Of a stretch of 23,349 nt of DNA, positions 17,539 to 23,349 are shown one piece after another. The position numbers and the translations under genes were made by a program. Location of the stretch: NCBI GenBank assembly GCA_963934255.1, contig CAWVXU010000038.1, forward strand, positions 1 to 23,349, read 5' to 3'. Origin of the DNA: an uncultured Fibrobacterales bacterium (GTDB lineage: Bacteria; Fibrobacterota; Fibrobacteria; Fibrobacterales; CAWVXU01). The notes below the pieces were generated by a model. It did not search any database, was not told the origin of the DNA, and worked only from the letters and a program-made list of their open reading frames with translations. Every line of letters starts with the position of its first letter. Position 1 is the first letter of the stretch.

Positions 17539-18497
17539 GAGCTGTCCTTTGGATTAATCTTTTTATGAACAATATAAAGGGGACGGCCCTTTACTTCTTC
17601 GTAAATCCGCCCTATATATTCACCGACAATTCCAATTGTAATTAATTGTATGCCTCCCATAAATACTATGACAATTAAAAGCGAACTCCAGCCTTGAATA
17701 GTGGTTTCAGGGAAGTATAATTTCTCAATAATTGCCCAAATTCCAAGAAGTCCACCGACTATGGAAACAAAAACTCCAAGATAAGTGGCAATTGTCAGCG
17801 GTAAAGTTGAAAATGAAGTAATCCCATCGCGAGCCAGTCCGAGCATTTTCTTGAAAGGGTACTTGGTTTCTCCAAGCTCCCGCTCCAATCTATCGTATTT
17901 GACGCCAATATGCTTAAAACCAACCCAACACACCAAGCCTCTTAAAAACCTCGATCGTTCAGGTAGTGTTTTTAAATGTCTCACTACGACTTCATCCATT
18001 AATCGGAAATCACCAGTGTCAGGTGGTATTTGTACTGAAGTAAGAGAGTTGAGTAGTTTGTAAAAGATCTTGGCGCTGAAAATTTTAAAAAATGTCTCAC
18101 CTTGTCTTTTGCGTCTTTGAGCATAGACGACTTGATAGCCTTCACGCCATTTTTCTAGCATCTCGATTATAAGCTCAGGAGGGTCTTGAAGGTCTCCGTC
18201 GATAATCACTGTGCATTTGCCTTGAGCTGCATCAAGCCCGGCGCTAAAAGCGGCTTGGTGGCCAAAATTTCTTGAGAAAGAAACAACTCTATTTTGACCT
18301 CCATCCGCTAGAATCATTGGGCCAGGATTTTTTTGAATACAATCTTTTAGAATTTCTAAGGTGTCATCAGTTGAGCCATCATCAATAAATATGAGCTCAT
18401 GGGATATATCTTTTAGTACATCACTTAGCCTCTCATAAGTTTTACGTGCAATCTCTTTTTCATTCAGCATGGGGATGATAACGCTTAATTCTACCAT
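17529..18497 (-). CDS. GT2 polyprenyl-phosphate glycosyltransferase (GtrB/YkcC/ArnC-like)
   Basis: LSVIIPMLNE, FIDDGSTD, FSRNFGHQAA, IIDGDLQDPPE, DTGDFRLMD, two C-terminal TMs, IGIVGEYIGRIYEEVKGRPLY. Start re-assigned to ATG 18497 (AAGGA SD, 2 nt after the upstream stop); the track gives 18527. Confidence 0.92.
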   Translation of the reverse strand: MVELSVIIPMLNEKEIARKTYERLSDVLKDISHELIFIDDGSTDDTLEILKDCIQKNPGPMILADGGQNRVVSFSRNFGHQAAFSAGLDAAQGKCTVIIDGDLQDPPELIIEMLEKWREGYQVVYAQRRKRQGETFFKIFSAKIFYKLLNSLTSVQIPPDTGDFRLMDEVVVRHLKTLPERSRFLRGLVCWVGFKHIGVKYDRLERELGETKYPFKKMLGLARDGITSFSTLPLTIATYLGVFVSIVGGLLGIWAIIEKLYFPETTIQGWSSLLIVIVFMGGIQLITIGIVGEYIGRIYEEVKGRPLYIVHKKINPKDSSCH

Positions 18498-18499
18498 GG

Positions 18500-21130
18500 T
18501 TATTTCCTTAACATAGGCCAAGCCCAATTTGTGTGATCACAGTCTTTATTGGAGCCAGAATGAGTCTTTAAAGTAAGCTCTTTGACTCCTAATATAGCTC
18601 TTTTGACAAGTAATGCTTTCCCATTTGAAATCTGTGGACTCTTATAGATCGATTGTCCATCAGCTATAATTTCAAACATGGCGCCGTCGCCACAATTTGA
18701 TTCGTCATCAAGTCCTACTAGAGTAGAAAATTCTTGATAAGGTTGTTTGAGTGAATAGCGAATTTCACTCGAGGCGTGTGTTCCAAGTCCACTAGGGTAT
18801 ACCGTATTTTGAATTGAAAGAGGATTTAGTTCAACGCTCTTGTTAATAGCAAGGCTTCCCCAATTTTGTTTACTTGATATTGGCGCTAGCGTGCTCAGAA
18901 GAGTGATAGATTGATCTTGAATCATGATAAATTTTTTAATCACGAGTGTTTTTGTTTGTTGCTTGAGTTGATAAACCTTGGCTTCATAAATACCTGGGGT
19001 TAATGTAGGAATTAGAATTTGAAACTTGATTTGTTGCATGTTCACAAGAAATTGTGTTTTATCAGCGTGGAGTGTGTTCTTTGTGAATTCATCTGAAGAA
19101 TTTCTGAAAATTTCTTTCTCTCCTAATTCGACACTGTAAACTTCTTGAATGGGGGCCATAAGTGTCACAGACATTGTGCCGTAAGATTGTAATGTAACCA
19201 TAGATTGATTGGCGCCGTTGGTCATAGGATTATTTTGTGAAAGACTTGATCTTTTAGGATAGTTGAAGACCTGATGGATGTTTAAGGAGTATGAGTTTAA
19301 AACTTTTGTAGAATAAAGCTTCTTAAGATGGGTGTTTTTTTCAAAACGATCACAAACTTGAGGGATGCGATTCTCTTGGGCTTTACGATGATAGGTCTTC
19401 TTACTCCAACAAGAAAGCCCACGGATATAATAAACTCGGCCGTCAAATTTCTTGAAGATGAAATCTTTTTTTGCTTGAGGCAAGCGACTAAATCTTCCTG
19501 GGTCAGTTGCACTTTGTCCAATAGCTATAAAATGCCAGGGTCGGTTGTATATGTAAAATGCATCTTTTTTAGGCATCCATTCATGAATTATACTTTGCTC
19601 TTCTGGGAGGTGGATGTTTTTATACATAATGTTTTCACGAAGTGAATTGCGATGCATAAATGTCAAGCTAAAAGCCATGGTAATGACTATGATACTCAGC
19701 ACCCATGTCTGGACATTATTATTTTGTTTACCTGTGAAGAAGTCATGGTGTTTTTGATGGATTGACTGGCTATTATCAAAAAGTTTTCGAGCCGCTACGA
19801 CTAAAACTTCGTACCACAAAATCGCGATGAAAAAGGCAAATATTGGCAATATTACCAAAGTGTAACGTTGATTAATCGTGATGGTCATGTCGCCAGAGAC
19901 GTTTTCCAAAATGATAAGTGCTTGGACTCCAAATAAGGCAACGAAAAGAATTGCTTTTCTATAAAAAGGTACAAAGTAGGCACGAGCCAATAGAATAAAC
20001 AATCCTGCTGCAGCCATATAGGTCGTAGATTTTAAGAATGGATTAATCAAACGTTCGTCTTTAGCACTCAGAGTCATCTGCTCCCAGGCAATTTGTATAT
20101 GTTCGATCAGGTTGGACAATGAGTGTGCCTGGCCTCCTCCACCTTGAAAATTAAAGCCTCGGTATGAAAGTATGGTCATTACAATTGGGATAATTCCTAA
20201 AGTAAACACAATGCTAAAAAGTAAGAAGATCTTTGGCTTCTTCATTAAAAAAGGAAGCGCTGGGATTGCAAATGCAAGGACCGCAATGCCAGACTCTTGA
20301 CGAGTTTGAGAGAAAAGAGCTAAGGTGAGAGCTAAAAATATCCATTTTAACGCTTCTTTATATTTGAACTCCTTTGATTTATTTGCTTGAGTTGTTGTTG
20401 CGGGATAGCTTAAAGGGGTCAAACAAAAATGTAAGACATTAAGAGCAAGGAGAGATAGAAATACATGTAAAGGCTCCACGCTGAGTGACCTGAATTGAAA
20501 CATGATCATCGGGGTAAAAGCCATGAAGGAGGAGCTGACTAGGCTAATAAATGAATTTTTAGACCATAACCAAACGCCTGTATACATTAGGATGATACTT
20601 AAGAAATAAAGGCAGAGGTGAAGCCCAAAGCCAAAATTTGTCGGATCTGGATTCCACGACAAAGATAATCGATAGATTGAAGCTTGTAATTTCCCTTTAA
20701 AACTTTTGGCAGAGCTTTCACAGGTGAGTCTTTTAGGTTCCATAAAAATCCCATGATCACAACTCCCGCCGACTCCTTGTGCTTTCATGTTTTGAGCCAT
20801 AGACATAGGGATTGCTTCATCGGATTGAACTCGGTGTTTTGCCTCGACTTGTTTTTGTGTGACTAGGGTCGCAAACACACTTAAAAACAGGATGGTCAAG
20901 ATGGAAAGAGTAGGCGGCTTATTTTGTAGGAGGTGTTTGACAAAGTGACGGCTAAGCAAAAGCCCGAGTCCGATAAATAAAAAAAGTGTGTAATAGACAA
21001 TATTTGAACTCAGGTGCGATAAGTCAAAAACCTCAGCAGTTTTATTTGAAATAGAGAAGTGGAGTCCACCCAAAACCATAAATGGAAAGAGTATTGCCAA
21101 AATGTTGAATGGGTTTTTCAAATTCCTCAA
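18500..21130 (-). CDS. Polytopic GT-C-fold-like (PMT/ArnT-like) membrane protein fused to a C-terminal NPCBM/NEW2 carbohydrate-binding domain
   Basis: About a dozen hydrophobic segments; acidic QSDE pair in the first large loop; QRY motif before a late TM. C-terminal ~135 aa (QNWGSLAINKSVELNPLSIQNTVYPSGLGTHASSEIRYSL...LVGLDDE...FEIIADG...DHTNWAWPML) is a clear NPCBM pattern. TTG start uncertain. NPCBM call is strong, GT-C call is moderate. Confidence 0.7.
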   Translation of the reverse strand: MRNLKNPFNILAILFPFMVLGGLHFSISNKTAEVFDLSHLSSNIVYYTLFLFIGLGLLLSRHFVKHLLQNKPPTLSILTILFLSVFATLVTQKQVEAKHRVQSDEAIPMSMAQNMKAQGVGGSCDHGIFMEPKRLTCESSAKSFKGKLQASIYRLSLSWNPDPTNFGFGLHLCLYFLSIILMYTGVWLWSKNSFISLVSSSFMAFTPMIMFQFRSLSVEPLHVFLSLLALNVLHFCLTPLSYPATTTQANKSKEFKYKEALKWIFLALTLALFSQTRQESGIAVLAFAIPALPFLMKKPKIFLLFSIVFTLGIIPIVMTILSYRGFNFQGGGGQAHSLSNLIEHIQIAWEQMTLSAKDERLINPFLKSTTYMAAAGLFILLARAYFVPFYRKAILFVALFGVQALIILENVSGDMTITINQRYTLVILPIFAFFIAILWYEVLVVAARKLFDNSQSIHQKHHDFFTGKQNNNVQTWVLSIIVITMAFSLTFMHRNSLRENIMYKNIHLPEEQSIIHEWMPKKDAFYIYNRPWHFIAIGQSATDPGRFSRLPQAKKDFIFKKFDGRVYYIRGLSCWSKKTYHRKAQENRIPQVCDRFEKNTHLKKLYSTKVLNSYSLNIHQVFNYPKRSSLSQNNPMTNGANQSMVTLQSYGTMSVTLMAPIQEVYSVELGEKEIFRNSSDEFTKNTLHADKTQFLVNMQQIKFQILIPTLTPGIYEAKVYQLKQQTKTLVIKKFIMIQDQSITLLSTLAPISSKQNWGSLAINKSVELNPLSIQNTVYPSGLGTHASSEIRYSLKQPYQEFSTLVGLDDESNCGDGAMFEIIADGQSIYKSPQISNGKALLVKRAILGVKELTLKTHSGSNKDCDHTNWAWPMLRK

Positions 21131-21214
21131 AATACAGCCTACAGGTAAATTAAAAATGTTGCCTATTAAGATAATTTTTTAGTTCAACTTTGAGGACTAT
21201 TGATCATTTTTAAC

Positions 21215-21222
21215 TACTTTTG
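21215..21222 (+). promoter_or_regulatory. TAnnTTTG-type promoter box for the transketolase gene
   Basis: (C)TACTTTTG about 76 nt upstream of ATG 21299. Confidence 0.5.
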
Positions 21223-21298
21223 GGCCTTATTAGGGTCCTTTTAGATGGATTCTAAGTCAAAAGAATACAATTTTACAATTCAAGCTTTCGAGGATAAA

Positions 21299-23349
21299 AT
21301 GGACAACAATACTATACAGGAAAAGTTGGTGGCTCCGCTACAACTGGAGTCGCTATTGGCACTGACACCTAATACACAACCTGTGTTTCCATTTTTTACT
21401 CAGGACCTTGAGGGGAACGACGTTGTCCTTGGAGATCCCAAAGCCACACGTGCCATAATAGCTGTAATGAATGCTCATGCTGTTATTGGTGGAGCGGCTT
21501 GTCATTGGGGTGGCCCTGCTGCACTTGCTGAAATCATGGCCGCGACTCACTCAGTGATGTTTGCTTCAGGTTCTCGTTGGTTTGATAATTACAACTTTGT
21601 CAATGATGCTGGTCATACTGAAAATGGCGTTTATGCACTTAGAGCAAATCTTGGCTTTGACAAGATGACCCTTGATACTATCAAAGGGTTTCGTTCAATA
21701 GATTCGAAACTAACTGGACACGGTGAGCAGCACATCAACCCTGAAGGCGTACTTTTAAGTAATGGCCCCCTTGGTTCTTCTATTGCTCAGTCTCAAGGTC
21801 TAGCTATGGCTGATAAGTTATCAGGTAAATTTCGCACGACAATTCAAATCGTATCAGATGGTGCGGCTATGGAAGGTGAAGCCAAAGAAGCATTCGCCTC
21901 TATCCCTGGTCTTGCTGCCAAATCCCTACTCAATCCCTATTTGATGATTTTAAGTGATAATAATACCAAGCTTTCTGGGCGTATTGATGAAGATTCCTTC
22001 TCAATGGAAGGTACTTTTACTGGATTTGAAGCACTCGGTTGGAATGTCATCAAAGTATCTGAAGGTAATGATATTGATGCAGTTTACCCTGCTGTTCAAA
22101 AAGCAATTCTTGAAGCTCAAGCTAATCCATTAAAACCAGTTTGCCTATGGGTAAAAACGGTCAAAGGTATTGGAAACAAAGCAACTGAGCAAGACGCTTC
22201 GGGCGGTCATGGCTTCCCTGGAAGCGCTCCTGCTAAGCTTCAACAATTTATTCAAGAAATTTATGCTAATGAAAAGGCACCAGCTGAGCTTCTTGCTCTA
22301 GGTGCTGAAGTTGAATCAATTGTTGCTGCTGCATCTGAAGCTAAATCAAAAGCCGCTTCATCATCTGACTCAACTATTAAAAAAGTTGCTCGTGGTAAAG
22401 TTCAAGCTGGATTTGCAACAGGAGCTATTGCTGCTCGTAAAGCGGGATATCCAGTTGTATCACTTTCAGCTGATCTGGCTGGTTCAACTGGAATGAAACC
22501 TTTTGTTCAAGCTTATCCTGAACTTAATTTTGATCTCGGTGTTGCCGAATCAAATATTTTCTCTACCTCTGCCGGGATGGCTAAGGCGGGGTTCATTCCT
22601 ATTGCTGATACTTTTGCTCAATTTGGTGCCACCAAAGGTGCATTACCTTTGATCATGGCATCTCTTTCTAGAAGCCCTGTTATCGGTGTTTTATCACATG
22701 CAGGGTTTCAAGATGCAGCAGATGGTGCCTCTCATCAAGCGACGACTTATTTTAGTACATTGGCTGGTATTCCTAATCTTTCGATTATCAATCCATCTTC
22801 ATCTGATGAAGCTGAAGCTCTGATGATTGCTGCAATCGAAAATATTGCGAGAGATCGTCAAGCCGGCAAAGACGGAGAGTCTGTTGTATTCTACACGGGT
22901 CGTGAGTCTTTCCCTGTTTCTTATGATGCAAAGCCTGTTTCATGGAATAGCTACCAAGTTTTTGGAGCTGAGAACGCTCAAGTGGTGATTTGTTCAACGG
23001 GTTATCTTTTAGAAAAATCATTAATTGCACAAGCTGAGCTCAAAGAATCCGGTATCAATGCTGCTGTCATTCATATGCCGTTTGTGAACAAAACAGAAAT
23101 TGATTCATCTTTTGTGTCGATTATTCAACAAGCTCAAGGGCGCGTGATCACCTTTGAAGATCATCAAGTTTGTGCTGGATTTGGTTCGATGCTAACACAT
23201 GATTTAGCTCAAATTGAAGATCTCGGTGTTTCTCTTTCTGTAAGGTCACTAGGTGTTCAAGGTGGCTTCGGTCAATCGGCATACTTAGCAGATGAATTGT
23301 ACGCTTCCAATGGTATGGACGTCAAAGGCCTTAAGGCTGCTGCTCAAAA
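21299..23349 (+). CDS. tkt: Transketolase-family ThDP enzyme, single chain, 3'-truncated by the window edge
   Basis: Not in the ORF track because it has no stop in the window. Manual translation from ATG 21299 (GAGGA SD): GGAACHWGGPAA, NDAGHTENG, LTGHGE, NGPLGS, ThDP motif SDGAAMEGE...DNN, SADLAGSTG, LGVAESN, DGASHQ, TFEDHQ...GFGS, FGQSA. About 683 codons present, apparently near the C-terminus. Confidence 0.88.
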   Translation, partial: MDNNTIQEKLVAPLQLESLLALTPNTQPVFPFFTQDLEGNDVVLGDPKATRAIIAVMNAHAVIGGAACHWGGPAALAEIMAATHSVMFASGSRWFDNYNFVNDAGHTENGVYALRANLGFDKMTLDTIKGFRSIDSKLTGHGEQHINPEGVLLSNGPLGSSIAQSQGLAMADKLSGKFRTTIQIVSDGAAMEGEAKEAFASIPGLAAKSLLNPYLMILSDNNTKLSGRIDEDSFSMEGTFTGFEALGWNVIKVSEGNDIDAVYPAVQKAILEAQANPLKPVCLWVKTVKGIGNKATEQDASGGHGFPGSAPAKLQQFIQEIYANEKAPAELLALGAEVESIVAAASEAKSKAASSSDSTIKKVARGKVQAGFATGAIAARKAGYPVVSLSADLAGSTGMKPFVQAYPELNFDLGVAESNIFSTSAGMAKAGFIPIADTFAQFGATKGALPLIMASLSRSPVIGVLSHAGFQDAADGASHQATTYFSTLAGIPNLSIINPSSSDEAEALMIAAIENIARDRQAGKDGESVVFYTGRESFPVSYDAKPVSWNSYQVFGAENAQVVICSTGYLLEKSLIAQAELKESGINAAVIHMPFVNKTEIDSSFVSIIQQAQGRVITFEDHQVCAGFGSMLTHDLAQIEDLGVSLSVRSLGVQGGFGQSAYLADELYASNGMDVKGLKAAAQ

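Noticed and set aside
21380..21460. Possible frameshift near the T-run at 21392-21397 in the transketolase gene
   Set aside because: Recounting gives six T's, so the frame from ATG 21299 reads straight through (PVFPFFTQDLEGND). No frameshift.
5106..23030. Short alternative-frame or antisense ORFs in the track (5106, 5173, 6266, 6957, 8737, 9044, 11372, 12352, 13288, 13556, 13633, 14846, 16719, 17785, 19297, 19328, 21353, 22302, 22788)
   Set aside because: All lie within or largely overlap well-supported genes and show no recognisable motifs. They are best explained as shadow ORFs.
1..23349. Mobile elements, prophage, defence systems, CRISPR, tRNA/rRNA
   Set aside because: No transposase, integrase, nuclease or phage-like ORFs, terminal repeats or regularly spaced repeats were seen. 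Intergenic gaps are short and show no tRNA-like sequence.

Overview
Bacterial chromosomal window with no mobile element, CRISPR array, rRNA or tRNA that I can see. The host is most plausibly FCB-superphylum (Fibrobacterota-like). This is inferred from a fibro-slime/PA14 lipoprotein and repeated TAnnTTTG promoter boxes alongside normal Shine-Dalgarno sites. From left to right: (1) the 3' part of a translationally coupled, divergent type II secretion / type IV pilus-like operon (GspL/PilN-like, GspM/PilO-like, GspK/PilX-like, two pseudopilins, and a GspE/PilB ATPase lacking the tetracysteine Zn motif); (2) a minus-strand DUF6438-like lipoprotein and small beta-barrel-like protein; (3) ahpC with an OxyR-like box and no adjacent ahpF; (4) a stand-alone gcvP divergent from large-form purL; (5) a fibro-slime lipoprotein; (6) a small hypothetical protein; (7) a minus-strand operon of a GT-C-like membrane protein fused to an NPCBM domain, a GtrB-like GT2, a small membrane protein and gmk; (8) a transketolase-family gene that runs off the right edge and is missing from the ORF track. 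The best candidates for under-described biology are the GT-C/NPCBM + GtrB surface-glycosylation module, together with D-[ST]-[AILVMT] motif enrichment in exported proteins, and the atypical T2SS/T4P-like operon. All family calls come from motif recognition by eye, not database searches.
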